Assembly (NCBI GenBank): GCA_964458565.1
Contig: CAYWJO010000001.1
Coordinates: forward strand, 191,160 to 255,159
Length of the DNA stretch: 64,000 nt
Direction of reading: 5' to 3'
From: an uncultured archaeon
Lineage (GTDB): Archaea; Asgardarchaeota; Thorarchaeia; Thorarchaeales; Thorarchaeaceae
Both the position numbers and the translations under genes were made by a program. The notes below the pieces were generated by a model that worked only from the letters and a program-made list of their open reading frames with translations, was not told the DNA's origin and ran no database searches. The stretch's first letter is position 1. Every line of letters starts with the position of its first letter. This document shows, piece after piece, positions 10,449-20,527 of this stretch.

Positions 10449-12086
10449 TTATGGAATAGGAATCATGTTTCCTTGATTCAAAAGCCATTTTGAATCGAGA
10501 GCTCTTTTAACAGCCTGTATCTCCCTGATTCCTTCATCACCGTACATTACCTTCAAGAATTCACGTTTTAATTTTCCAATTCCGTGTTCTGCTGCTACAG
10601 TCCCGCCTAGTTCGACAGCTCTCTTTGCAAATGTCATATAATTCTGCATGCCTTGGCTTGCTTCCTCATTGTTTCGTGGAAGCATATTTACATGCAGATG
10701 ATTACTACCAATATGACCAAAGATAACATACTCCATACCCTGAGATTCTAGTGTCTGTCTATAGAATTTCAGATAATCACGTAAAGCTTCGTCAGGAACA
10801 GCCATATCAGTGCCTATTTTGTGGACTTCGTGATACTGTGCTTTTCTCATGGCAATTGTTGCATTAACAGTTTCAGGTACAAAGTGACGTACAGTTTTCA
10901 TCTTCTGCAATTCTGTGTAATCCAGTCCAGCCCAGCTGGACTCAGAAGAGGTGTTGTGTTTGTTCAATATTTCCTCAAGTCCCATGATTTTGTCTTCCAT
11001 GTTCTCTTCAGTATAAGTGAACTCAAAGAATACAATTGCTTCCGTATCCTCACCCATTACTGGAACAGTGATTCCAGATGCAGCTGCTTTCTCCTTTATC
11101 ATCGCTAGTGCATTAGGTCCAAAATATTCCAGAAACTCCATCTTAACAGGGGTATCAGGAGCTCGGATATCATATACGAAGTTCACAGCGTCATCCTCGC
11201 TCTTAAAGAAAGCCATTACAGTCATAATGTTCTCGGGGAGTTTCATAAGACCTAATTCCGCTTCAGTAATAACCCCAAGGATTCCTTCAGATCCTATGAA
11301 CAAGTCAATCAAATCCATATCGCGTTTTGCGTATAGTCCTGCAGCATTTTTAGTAGCTGGCATCTTGTATGATGGAACAGTAACCTCAATCACAGATTTA
11401 TCAGCAAGCACGATTTCGAATTTTCCATTGTTAGCAAAAACTTTACCTCTCTCGATATCAAGAGCATCACCATTCATCAGAATGACTCTAATTCTACATA
11501 CCCAGTCACGGACTGCACCATAGCTAAAAGTCCTTGCACCGGATGCATTACATGCCACAACACCACCAATCCAAGCGCTCATTTCAGTTGGATCAACAGG
11601 AAAGGTGTAAACAGCAGTTTCTGACAAAAACTTCCTCAAGGATTCCTTTTGTTCGGGCGTGCCTTTATCTTTGATAGACTCAAGTTTCTTCGATGAAATA
11701 GCCTTTACTAAATCTTCCAAAGTAGCTCCAGCTTGTGCACAAATTGAATAGAGCCCTTCATTCTCGTCGAAATTCATGTAAAGAAGGTCAGTCATTTTCT
11801 CGAGATTGACAACAATACCACCCAAGGGAACAGCAGCTCCTGTGAGACCTGTTCGCCCACCCTGAATTGTGACAGGAGTTCCTGAGGTATAGGCATCCTT
11901 CAAGATTGTTGCCAGTTCAGCCTCTGAACTTGGAAAGGTAATCTTCTCTGTTTTCCCTTCAAAGCTATGACTCTCATCATCAAGATACAATGCATATGTG
12001 TCTGTGATTTCTGATTGATCCGTTACTGCTTTAACTCCTGAGAGGTCAACCAATTCGATCATTCGAGCTTCAATCATATTCGTCAT
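10449..12086 (-). CDS. FAD-linked oxidoreductase (D-lactate dehydrogenase/GlcD family)
   Basis: GGRTGLTGAAVP, NASGA, GSEGILGVIT, FGHIGSNHLHVN, AEHGIGK. Confidence 0.9.
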   Translation of the reverse strand: MTNMIEARMIELVDLSGVKAVTDQSEITDTYALYLDDESHSFEGKTEKITFPSSEAELATILKDAYTSGTPVTIQGGRTGLTGAAVPLGGIVVNLEKMTDLLYMNFDENEGLYSICAQAGATLEDLVKAISSKKLESIKDKGTPEQKESLRKFLSETAVYTFPVDPTEMSAWIGGVVACNASGARTFSYGAVRDWVCRIRVILMNGDALDIERGKVFANNGKFEIVLADKSVIEVTVPSYKMPATKNAAGLYAKRDMDLIDLFIGSEGILGVITEAELGLMKLPENIMTVMAFFKSEDDAVNFVYDIRAPDTPVKMEFLEYFGPNALAMIKEKAAASGITVPVMGEDTEAIVFFEFTYTEENMEDKIMGLEEILNKHNTSSESSWAGLDYTELQKMKTVRHFVPETVNATIAMRKAQYHEVHKIGTDMAVPDEALRDYLKFYRQTLESQGMEYVIFGHIGSNHLHVNMLPRNNEEASQGMQNYMTFAKRAVELGGTVAAEHGIGKLKREFLKVMYGDEGIREIQAVKRALDSKWLLNQGNMIPIP

Positions 12087-12190
12087 TTTCTGTCACCGTG
12101 GACTAGTACTTTCTCGATATTAAGTTGGGTTACACAACTGATTTTATTCGTTACCCTATGACTATTTGATGTTACTAAGGAGAGTATTTC

Positions 12191-13093
12191 ATGCGTATTG
12201 CTGCAGTATCAGACATCCATGCTCGCCCAAATGGAGTGGATAATGACCTTCTCAGAGCTATAAGAGAGAGAGTAACAGAATTCGATCCCGACGTCTTTAT
12301 CATAGCTGGAGACATGAATGAGCAAATCAAGGAGTTGGAACACAATCTCTCAAAGGTTCGAGTGGATGGATGCAAAAATCTCTATGTTTCAGGAAATCAT
12401 GATATCTGGTTTGAGGAAGACAAAGGGATAGGAAGTCTTGAGAAGTATTCTCATCTAATGAAAGAGGCTTGTGAGAGAAGTGGATTCGTACACCTTCCTG
12501 ATGAACCATGTCTTGTAGAAGATATTGCCTTCATAGGTTCCATCGGTTGGTATGACTACTCCTTTCGATGTGAGGATCTGGATATTCCTCTGGAAAATTA
12601 TGAGATGAAACAATATCGAGACTCTTATTGGAGGGATCTCTACTGCATTGATTGGTCATTGACTGACGTAGAAGCTACTTCTTTACTTAATCAAAAATTG
12701 ATTTATGATTTGGAGACATTACCTGAAAGTGTGAAGTGCGTGGTATACATTTCACATCACCTTCCGTTTTTAGAACTAACTCTCTACAAAGACAGACTCC
12801 CATGGGATTTCTTTTCAGCTTTTATGGGAGCCGTATCTTCAGGAGAGATTTTGAAACAGGATTCTAGAGTAGTTTTGTCAATATCTGGACATAGTCACAT
12901 TCGCAGCGTTTTGAAACTTGATTCACTCATGGCTCTCACAGTACCTGTTGGATATGGACGGCCTCACAAGGATGACCTCGATTCATTTGTGGACTCGGCA
13001 ATTGCGGAAATAATCATCAGAGATAATGAAGTAGAGTTACTACATTTTGTGGAGGGAGATCTCTGTCAAAACCTACCATATTCGTTCGGATGA
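12191..13093 (+). CDS. calcineurin-like metallophosphoesterase
   Basis: SDIH, AGD, GNHD, SHH, SGHSH. Confidence 0.88.
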   Translation: MRIAAVSDIHARPNGVDNDLLRAIRERVTEFDPDVFIIAGDMNEQIKELEHNLSKVRVDGCKNLYVSGNHDIWFEEDKGIGSLEKYSHLMKEACERSGFVHLPDEPCLVEDIAFIGSIGWYDYSFRCEDLDIPLENYEMKQYRDSYWRDLYCIDWSLTDVEATSLLNQKLIYDLETLPESVKCVVYISHHLPFLELTLYKDRLPWDFFSAFMGAVSSGEILKQDSRVVLSISGHSHIRSVLKLDSLMALTVPVGYGRPHKDDLDSFVDSAIAEIIIRDNEVELLHFVEGDLCQNLPYSFG

Positions 13094-13190
13094 CGAACTC
13101 AAAAACTCGACACATTAATACGGAGGTCACGAATCTATCTATAAATAGGTTTGATTATCGTATTCCGAGCTTAACTCAGTTGCAAGTGAA

Positions 13191-14612
13191 GTGAAGAAGA
13201 CCATGATGAATAGAGAGGTTGGTGCTGAGATTGTCGCAGCCATTATTGTTCTGGTGATGGCTATTGTTGCATTGGTATGGACAGTGCTAACTCAGGATCT
13301 CGGAATTCCAGTAATCATTGTATTCATCGGAACCTATGCAATCATTAGTAGTGAGAAAGTAAACAGAACGGCTATGTCTCTACTTGGGATGGCTATTGTA
13401 GGAGTAGTCCTTTTCGTTGGCTTCAATATGGGACTAATAGGAGTTGAAAACCCCGACCATTCTATATTTCAGGAACTCATATTACATATTGAATGGGATA
13501 CAATACTCTTTGTTACTGCGATGATGATAATAGTCAGCGTTGCTGGTGCATCTGGACTCTTTCAGTTCATCGCGCTTAACATTGCTGCACCTAGTGGAGG
13601 AGACCATAAGAAACTCTTCATTACGTTCCTGGTCTTCGTTGCGGGGATTAGTCTATTCTTTGATACAGTTTCAACTATGCTCATCATAGCACCACTTACA
13701 ATTGAGATTTGTAAAGCACTGGAAATAGACTTCAAACCATTTCTTATATCTGAAGCAATCGTGTGTAATTTCTCCTCAATCCCCTCAATAGTTGGTGCAG
13801 TTCCCAATCTTGTTATTGCGGGCTACACCAATCTGGATGTTGGTTTTCTATTCGTTGTATTCATGCCCCTCTCAATTATCCTGTTTCTCGTCAGTCTACC
13901 AATTCTTCTACGATGGTATGGAAGTAAATTCGGAACTACTGATCAATATCGCGTTGATGCGGTATTCTCAATTGACCCACATACAATGATCAAGGACGAT
14001 CTTGAGTTCAAGGTCTCAGTAGTAGCCATTGTGGTTCTTATTGTGGGATTTGCAATTGGTCCAACCTTGGGCATAATACCACTAATGGTGGCATTAGTTG
14101 TTGCAGCGTTTATGTTACTCCTATCACACGAGAGAGCTGACGCTTTTCTGAATAAGGTGGGATGGGGGACAGTATTTTTCCTAGTTGGGCTCTTTGGACT
14201 TGTTGTTGCACTCGATTTGACAGGATTAATCAGAGCCCTTGCTGATTGGGTAGGGAATATTATAGGGACTAACGCCGCATTTGCCACAGTATTTCTGATT
14301 TGGATACCAGCGATGCTATCAGCCTTCCTCGACAATCTACCAGTATCCGCTGTATTAGCCCCGATTGCATTTGATTTGGCAACTCTTAGTCCTGTAATAC
14401 CTCTCGCTCTTGTTTTCGCTGTTAACATTGGAGGATATATTTTCACACCCTTAGGGTCACCTGCAAACATGGTGGCAATTGGATTGTCAGAGACGGAGCA
14501 TGATCCAATCCCCTTTATCGAGTTTATCAAGATAGGAACTCTGCTTGGATTGATTCATCTTGCTATCGGAAGTGGATATCTCCTGTTAGTCATGTTTCTA
14601 TTAGGAGGCTAA
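13191..14612 (+). CDS. ArsB/NhaD/SLC13-family ion transporter
   Basis: multi-TM; SAFLDNLP, NIGG..TPLGSPAN. Confidence 0.85.
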   Translation: MKKTMMNREVGAEIVAAIIVLVMAIVALVWTVLTQDLGIPVIIVFIGTYAIISSEKVNRTAMSLLGMAIVGVVLFVGFNMGLIGVENPDHSIFQELILHIEWDTILFVTAMMIIVSVAGASGLFQFIALNIAAPSGGDHKKLFITFLVFVAGISLFFDTVSTMLIIAPLTIEICKALEIDFKPFLISEAIVCNFSSIPSIVGAVPNLVIAGYTNLDVGFLFVVFMPLSIILFLVSLPILLRWYGSKFGTTDQYRVDAVFSIDPHTMIKDDLEFKVSVVAIVVLIVGFAIGPTLGIIPLMVALVVAAFMLLLSHERADAFLNKVGWGTVFFLVGLFGLVVALDLTGLIRALADWVGNIIGTNAAFATVFLIWIPAMLSAFLDNLPVSAVLAPIAFDLATLSPVIPLALVFAVNIGGYIFTPLGSPANMVAIGLSETEHDPIPFIEFIKIGTLLGLIHLAIGSGYLLLVMFLLGG

Positions 14613-14711
14613 TAGACAGAATATGTTTGCATTACAAATTCTAGAAAGAGATTCAGGAATATTCAGAACAGAACATCATTGGTTTCAATTTATTCAAAAC
14701 GGTGACATAAG

Positions 14712-16004
14712 TTGGCTGCAGAATTAGTACTCATTGTGTTTGTAGGAACATACATTGCAATATCATCAGAAAAGGTGAACAGAACAGCTACCGCACTTCT
14801 GGGAATGGGTATTGCGGGATTGGTGCTCGTTGTCACAGGAACTAGTACATTCACAGATGTCGTGAATACTGTAGAATGGCAAACAGTTCTTTTCGTGACT
14901 GCCATGATGATTATCGTAACAATTGCAGCAGGGTCAGGGATGTTTCAATTTCTAGCAATTGAACTCACTCGACCGTCTCATGGTGAAACAAAGAAGTTGT
15001 TTGTATCATTTCTTGCGTTTGTCTTTGTTATCTCGTTATTTCTGGATACCACATCAACTATGCTAATAATGGCACCCCTAACAATAGAAGTCTGCAGGGC
15101 ACTTGATATCGATTTTAGACCTTTCTTGATTTCTGAATCAGTGGTATGTAACTTTGCGTCTATTCCTTCAATTGTTGGTGCAGTCCCCAACCTAGTTATT
15201 GCAGAGGTTATAGCAGAAGAAGCAAGTGGGATATTTGATGCAGGTATAATGTTTGTTCTCTTAATGCCACTCTCGATAATTCTATTCGTAGTATCAATTC
15301 CAATCTTTCTGCGTTATTTCAGAGACCTATTAATTCCGGGAGATGATGAGCTCATTAACAATTTCCTATTGATAGATCCATCATATATGATTAGGTCAAA
15401 AAAGGACTTCTATGCATCAATAATTGGGATGGTTGTGCTTGCTCTTGGATTTACTATCGGACATAGTGTAGGATTTCAACCATCTATGATAGCAATCATT
15501 GTGGCTGCGTTTCTTCTGATTCTCACACGAGAATGGGTTGACGATGTACTAAAAAAGGTGAATTGGGGAACAGTATTCTTTCTTGTAGGACTCTTTGGAC
15601 TCGTAGCATCATTGGAGATAACAGGAGTCATTCATTGGCTGGCTGTAGCTGTAGGATCGTTTCTCGCAGATAATGAAGTTTTAGGGATTATATTCATGAC
15701 ATGGGTCCCCAGTCTGATATCTGGAGTGATTGACAACATACCGGTTTCTACAGTTCTCGCACCGATAGCTGTAAGTCTAGTGACCATAAATCCGATATTA
15801 CCGTATGTGTTGATATTTGCAGTAAACATAGGGGGTTTCTTACTTCCAATCGGAGCACCAGCGAATATTCTAGCCATAGCATTTTCAGAAAAGGAACACA
15901 AGCCTATTCGTTTTGTTGATTTTGCAAAGATAGCTACCCCACTGTCATTACTTATGTTGGCAATAGGTACAGGATGGTTTCTCTTGATTTCAGCTCTCTT
16001 TTAA
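14712..16004 (+). CDS. ArsB/NhaD/SLC13-family ion transporter, tandem paralogue
   Basis: shares ISSEKVNRTA, IPSIVGAVPNLVIA and WGTVFFLVGLFGLV with the upstream gene. Confidence 0.85.
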   Translation: MAAELVLIVFVGTYIAISSEKVNRTATALLGMGIAGLVLVVTGTSTFTDVVNTVEWQTVLFVTAMMIIVTIAAGSGMFQFLAIELTRPSHGETKKLFVSFLAFVFVISLFLDTTSTMLIMAPLTIEVCRALDIDFRPFLISESVVCNFASIPSIVGAVPNLVIAEVIAEEASGIFDAGIMFVLLMPLSIILFVVSIPIFLRYFRDLLIPGDDELINNFLLIDPSYMIRSKKDFYASIIGMVVLALGFTIGHSVGFQPSMIAIIVAAFLLILTREWVDDVLKKVNWGTVFFLVGLFGLVASLEITGVIHWLAVAVGSFLADNEVLGIIFMTWVPSLISGVIDNIPVSTVLAPIAVSLVTINPILPYVLIFAVNIGGFLLPIGAPANILAIAFSEKEHKPIRFVDFAKIATPLSLLMLAIGTGWFLLISALF

Positions 16005-16203
16005 CAAGAGATGAAGGAGGCGTCTCCATTTCCGCCTATCTGCCCACCGGGAGGACAAACAACAGGTGGAATGTGACGCCAAAACGTGATGCTCACAATC
16101 GCCTAATAGTATTTTGGTCTAAGAGCTATTCATCTAATTGGTCAAAATGGTATTAAAAGGTAGAACTAAAGGTTTACAATGATTTTGTAGAGCTGCAAGC
16201 TTA

Positions 16204-16719
16204 TTGGTGAGGTCAACATTATTGCCGAAAAGAAGCAGGTGTCCATATTGTGACAGACTTTTCAGTCGTGACCAGATTGACAGCCACGTTTCTCGATGCA
16301 GAATAAAACCAGACACACAAAAAGTAGTCAAACGAATCCCTAGTAGAAAGAATATCATCGTTGATGGTAACAATGTGGCATACTATCTTGCACCAGAAGG
16401 AAAACCAAAATTATCTAATTTGTTACTAGCATTGAGAAGTCTTCAGTATGCGGGATATAGAGCTACGCTGGTTGTGTCTTCCGCTCTCAAGCACAAAATC
16501 GACAAACCAGAGGGACTAAAAGAGCTAATTATCACTAAAAAAATAATTGAAGCTCCTCGAGGGACAAATGATGATCTTCAAGTCATTCTCTTGGCTCGGA
16601 AGACAAATGCAGACATCGTTTCTAATGATAGGTACTTAGAGTGGCGCGATCGTCATCCATGGCTTGAATCAAGACTCCGGAGATATCGTATGACTCCTTC
16701 TGGACTTATTCTAACATGA
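16204..16719 (+). CDS. NYN/PIN (Zc3h12a/Regnase-like) ribonuclease with N-terminal C2HC zinc finger
   Basis: IIVDGNNVA, NDDLQVILLA, IVSNDRY; CPYC-x11-H-x3-C. Confidence 0.75.
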   Translation: MVRSTLLPKRSRCPYCDRLFSRDQIDSHVSRCRIKPDTQKVVKRIPSRKNIIVDGNNVAYYLAPEGKPKLSNLLLALRSLQYAGYRATLVVSSALKHKIDKPEGLKELIITKKIIEAPRGTNDDLQVILLARKTNADIVSNDRYLEWRDRHPWLESRLRRYRMTPSGLILT

Positions 16720-16801
16720 GTTATGGTGATAGAGCAAAAGCGTTAAAATCGCTCCATCTCCAGATGCAGTGTATCATATACTAACGGCTAGGTGAAATAC
16801 T

Positions 16802-18577
16802 ATGCGAGTAAAGGAACTAAGAGAGATGTACTTGAGATTCTTCAAGGAAAAGAAGCATGCGATCATTCCTTCCGAATCATTAATTCCAGAACATGATCCT
16901 ACAGCTCTCTTCACCTCAGCCGGTATGCATCCGTTAGTCCCATTTCTTTTAGGACAACCACACCCACGAGGCAATCGTCTTGCTAACTGTCAGAAGTGCA
17001 TTCGTACAACTGACATCGATGAGGTAGGTGATCCTACACATCTGACATTCTTTGAGATGCTTGGTAATTGGAGTCTTGGTGACTATTGGAAGAAAGAAGC
17101 AATCACATGGAGCTACGAATTCCTCACTGATAAAAAGTGGCTGGGCTTTGATCCAGAGAAGCTATCTGTGACTATCTTCGCTGGCGATGAATATTCACCG
17201 CGTGATGATGAATCAATAGAACTCTGGAAGAGTGTTGGAATCCCAGAAGAGAGAATATACCACCTTCCCAGGGAGGACAACTGGTGGGGACCAGTGGGGG
17301 ATATAGGACCGTGTGGCCCCTGTACTGAGATGTTCATCGAATTAGATAATGTTCCGGCTTGTGGACCTGAATGTAAACCAGGTTGTGAGTGTGGCCATTA
17401 TTTCGAAGTATGGAATGATGTGTTTATGTTCTACAATCAGGTGGACGTGAACAAATTCGAGAAGCTAAAACAACATAATGTTGACACTGGCATGGGAGTT
17501 GAAAGAACTGCAGCCATGCTGCAAGGTGCTACTAAAGTATACGACATTGAGACCTTTATCCCGCTTATCACTAAAATAAAAGAAAGGGCTGGAAAAGAGG
17601 AATACTCAGAAACCGATGAAACCTATGTCCACATAATCGCAGATCACATTAGAGCAGCAGTAATGATTATGGCTGATGACCGACAGATTGCACCATCCAA
17701 TGTTGAACAAGGATATATTGTCCGTCGGTTGATACGAAAGTCAGTATTTAGTGCAGATCAACTTGGTTTGAATCCCGGATTCTTACCTGAACTGGTTGAT
17801 CCAATTATTGAGATATATGAAGACTTGTATGATGAAGTAAAAAGAAATCGCGAATTCGTGATTAAAAATCTCAAAGACGAGGAGAGTAAGTTTCGGAAGA
17901 CTTTGAATAAAGCGCTCAGAAAATTAAACAAAATACTCACAGAAACCGGAACAATCACAGGAGAGGATGCATTTCTTCTCTTTACAAGCTATGGACTCCC
18001 GTCAGAGATGACCAGAGAGATTGCCGAGGAAAATGGTATCAAAGTGGATATGAATGAGTTCCAAAAGCAATTCGAGGAGCACAGAGAGATTTCACGAACT
18101 GCAACACAGGGCAAGTTCAAGAGTGGGCTTGCTGATCACAGTGAGATTGTAACTAGGATGCACACAGCTACTCACATTCTTCAAGAAGCACTTAGAAGAG
18201 TTCTTGGCGACTCGGTTCAACAAATGGGCAGTAATATTACACCTGAACGTCTGAGGTTTGATTTCTCATTCGACAGGAAATTGACTCAGGAAGAAATCAA
18301 GGAAGTAGAGGATCTAGTAAATGGAGTAATAACAGAGGATATAGAAGTCACCCGAGAGATTATGGAATACGATACCGCAATAAAGGCAGGTGCTCTCGCA
18401 TTCTTCAAGGAAACATATGATGATGAGGTTTCAGTTTACAGAGTCGGAGATTTTAGTATGGAACTTTGCGGGGGCCCACATGTGACACACACTGGAGTCA
18501 TAGGCGTGTTTAAGATTGAAAAACAGAAGAAAATTGGAGCCAACATAGTCCGCATTCGTGCCGTCCTTGAGGGTTAA
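16802..18577 (+). CDS. alaS: alanine--tRNA ligase, compact form
   Basis: LFTSAGMHP, QKCIR, HLTFFEMLGNWS, GPCGPCTE, DTGMGVER, ADHIR; editing HTATH and ELCGGPH. Confidence 0.95.
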   Translation: MRVKELREMYLRFFKEKKHAIIPSESLIPEHDPTALFTSAGMHPLVPFLLGQPHPRGNRLANCQKCIRTTDIDEVGDPTHLTFFEMLGNWSLGDYWKKEAITWSYEFLTDKKWLGFDPEKLSVTIFAGDEYSPRDDESIELWKSVGIPEERIYHLPREDNWWGPVGDIGPCGPCTEMFIELDNVPACGPECKPGCECGHYFEVWNDVFMFYNQVDVNKFEKLKQHNVDTGMGVERTAAMLQGATKVYDIETFIPLITKIKERAGKEEYSETDETYVHIIADHIRAAVMIMADDRQIAPSNVEQGYIVRRLIRKSVFSADQLGLNPGFLPELVDPIIEIYEDLYDEVKRNREFVIKNLKDEESKFRKTLNKALRKLNKILTETGTITGEDAFLLFTSYGLPSEMTREIAEENGIKVDMNEFQKQFEEHREISRTATQGKFKSGLADHSEIVTRMHTATHILQEALRRVLGDSVQQMGSNITPERLRFDFSFDRKLTQEEIKEVEDLVNGVITEDIEVTREIMEYDTAIKAGALAFFKETYDDEVSVYRVGDFSMELCGGPHVTHTGVIGVFKIEKQKKIGANIVRIRAVLEG

Positions 18578-18678
18578 TTACTGAAAGCCCTATTTGCTCT
18601 CACTCCATCATATTCATCATACCACAATTTGTACTCATTGAATCTATTTGGGTCGAAGAAGAATTTATAAATAAATTT

Positions 18679-18707
18679 TGTAATACATATTACGTAATAC
18701 TATTACA
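18679..18707. promoter_or_regulatory. tandem GTAATA-N1/2-TATTAC palindromes next to a TATA-like TTTATAAA
   Basis: tgtaatacatattacgtaatactattaca directly upstream of 18741. Confidence 0.45.
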
Positions 18708-18740
18708 TTTCACATAAAAGGAATGGACGGATAGGAGAAG

Positions 18741-19721
18741 TTGCCAACCGAAGCCGCGAACATGGTTCGCGCTCTAGCTGACGAAATCCTTCTTGACACT
18801 GTCTTTAGTCTAGATAGACCAGTGAGTTGCGAAGGATTATCGTTTATTCCAATTGTTCAAAAAGAGCCAAATGAACACGACATGGAATACATTAATGCAG
18901 CACAAGCCATTGAAGAAGGAGTATTGGAACTCACTGAAATGGGCGATGCTGTAAACACAATATTAGCTCATAATCGAGGAACGATACCGATTGTAATTGA
19001 GGAAGCGGAGGTACTTTCCGCCCCTGGAAGTCAAGACAGGATGGTTGTGGCTAGTGTAATACTACAACCAGGTAAGCGAAAGAGAATTCCAGTGAAATGC
19101 GTTCACGCACCTCATGGTCTTCGTCGAGGAATTGGATTGCATACCATAGGGGCAGCGTCATATGGACTCCGAGAAAATATGAGAGTACAGAAATACAGCT
19201 CAATCATGACAGATGTGGAACATTATGTGCCTGAAACTGCAGTAGACCAATCAGTGATTTGGGATAGAGTAAAGGAATACTGCAAAGAAGTGGGTACCAA
19301 AGATCCCGACAAGTACATTGAAGCTCTCGAAACTTTAAGAAGTAAGGCGGAAGGGGATGCAAAGAAGGTAATAGATGGTATCCCAGATCGAACTAGTGGA
19401 CTTGTTATATTAAGCGCTGAGGGAGAATTCATTTCATTTGAGATGTATAGAAACCATACATCGTTTTCGAAGAGAGTGGGATTCATTGAATCAATTCTTA
19501 TGGAATATGGTAAGAAGGACACTCGTACTCTAGAAGAGGAAGCTGCCTATGCGAAAGCTGTGCAGATTCTGATGAACTTGAAAAAGATTAAACCTGAAGA
19601 AGTAATCTCACAAGAGGGGGCCGATAATATCCATATTGGAACAGAGGAAATGAAAGGTGAAGCAGTTGTTGCGGAGAAAGACAAGATGCAACGTATACTA
19701 TACTGCTCTTTTGGTAAATAG
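18741..19721 (+). CDS. ARPP-1/DUF6569-like protein
   Basis: N..TIPIVIEEAEVL...SQDRMV..SVILQP..RKRIPVKCV pattern. Confidence 0.6.
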   Translation: MPTEAANMVRALADEILLDTVFSLDRPVSCEGLSFIPIVQKEPNEHDMEYINAAQAIEEGVLELTEMGDAVNTILAHNRGTIPIVIEEAEVLSAPGSQDRMVVASVILQPGKRKRIPVKCVHAPHGLRRGIGLHTIGAASYGLRENMRVQKYSSIMTDVEHYVPETAVDQSVIWDRVKEYCKEVGTKDPDKYIEALETLRSKAEGDAKKVIDGIPDRTSGLVILSAEGEFISFEMYRNHTSFSKRVGFIESILMEYGKKDTRTLEEEAAYAKAVQILMNLKKIKPEEVISQEGADNIHIGTEEMKGEAVVAEKDKMQRILYCSFGK

Positions 19722-19839
19722 CACAAGATCTGATCTATTAACAACAGACAGCAGGGGAATCCATGTTCGTATATCGTTGTTCCCCTGATGTCAATAATGC
19801 TTATGAGAGAGTTTCTCCCTTCTCAAATACCCCTATGGA

Positions 19840-20511
19840 GTGATGAATATGGGAACCTTCTCAAGGATATTTGGTTCTGGGGATAAGAAATTACAAGAGC
19901 GAGCGAATAAAATCCTGTTTGACTTAAGTAAGGGATTACAGTCTGCAAGTGCAAAACTGCATGTTGCTGCTGAAGAGTGGCATGATGGTAATATCAAAGT
20001 TCTAGAGGAAATTAGGGATGAGATAATAGCTCTAGAGAGAAAAATGGATAGAAAGAAGGAAGAGTTGATTGAAGAGATTCTATGTCAACACGCTTATCTT
20101 CCACAACAGACAGAAGAAAGACACCAACTCATCAATTTGATGGACAGTATTATTGATACTGCAGAACATGCTGTTCGGATTATGTGGACAGGGAGAAAAT
20201 TCAAGCCTCCAAAAAGAATGGAATTATTGGCGGAGAAAGTCTGGTCTTGCACAGACTATCTCCAAGATGCTGTGAAATATCTCTACGGTGATTTCAAGAA
20301 ATCAGTGGAAATTACTAGAAAGGTTGATGAATTACGTGAAGAGGCTAGAGATATGGAGTTCGAGTTGCTGGAGGAAGTATTCAATGAGGGAGATTACTCC
20401 GCTGCAGAAATTCAGTTGTTCGTTGAGGCAGCGCATTGGGTTACAAAGGTTGCAGTTCAATCTGAAGTTACAGGTGACTTCCTTAGAGAATTAGCTGTTA
20501 GGTACTCTTGA
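19840..20511 (+). CDS. DUF47/PhoU-like phosphate transport regulator
   Basis: all-helical, LERKMD and LREEAR repeats, directly upstream of a PiT gene. Confidence 0.8.
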   Translation: MMNMGTFSRIFGSGDKKLQERANKILFDLSKGLQSASAKLHVAAEEWHDGNIKVLEEIRDEIIALERKMDRKKEELIEEILCQHAYLPQQTEERHQLINLMDSIIDTAEHAVRIMWTGRKFKPPKRMELLAEKVWSCTDYLQDAVKYLYGDFKKSVEITRKVDELREEARDMEFELLEEVFNEGDYSAAEIQLFVEAAHWVTKVAVQSEVTGDFLRELAVRYS

Positions 20512-20527
20512 TTGGAGGAAATCCTCC

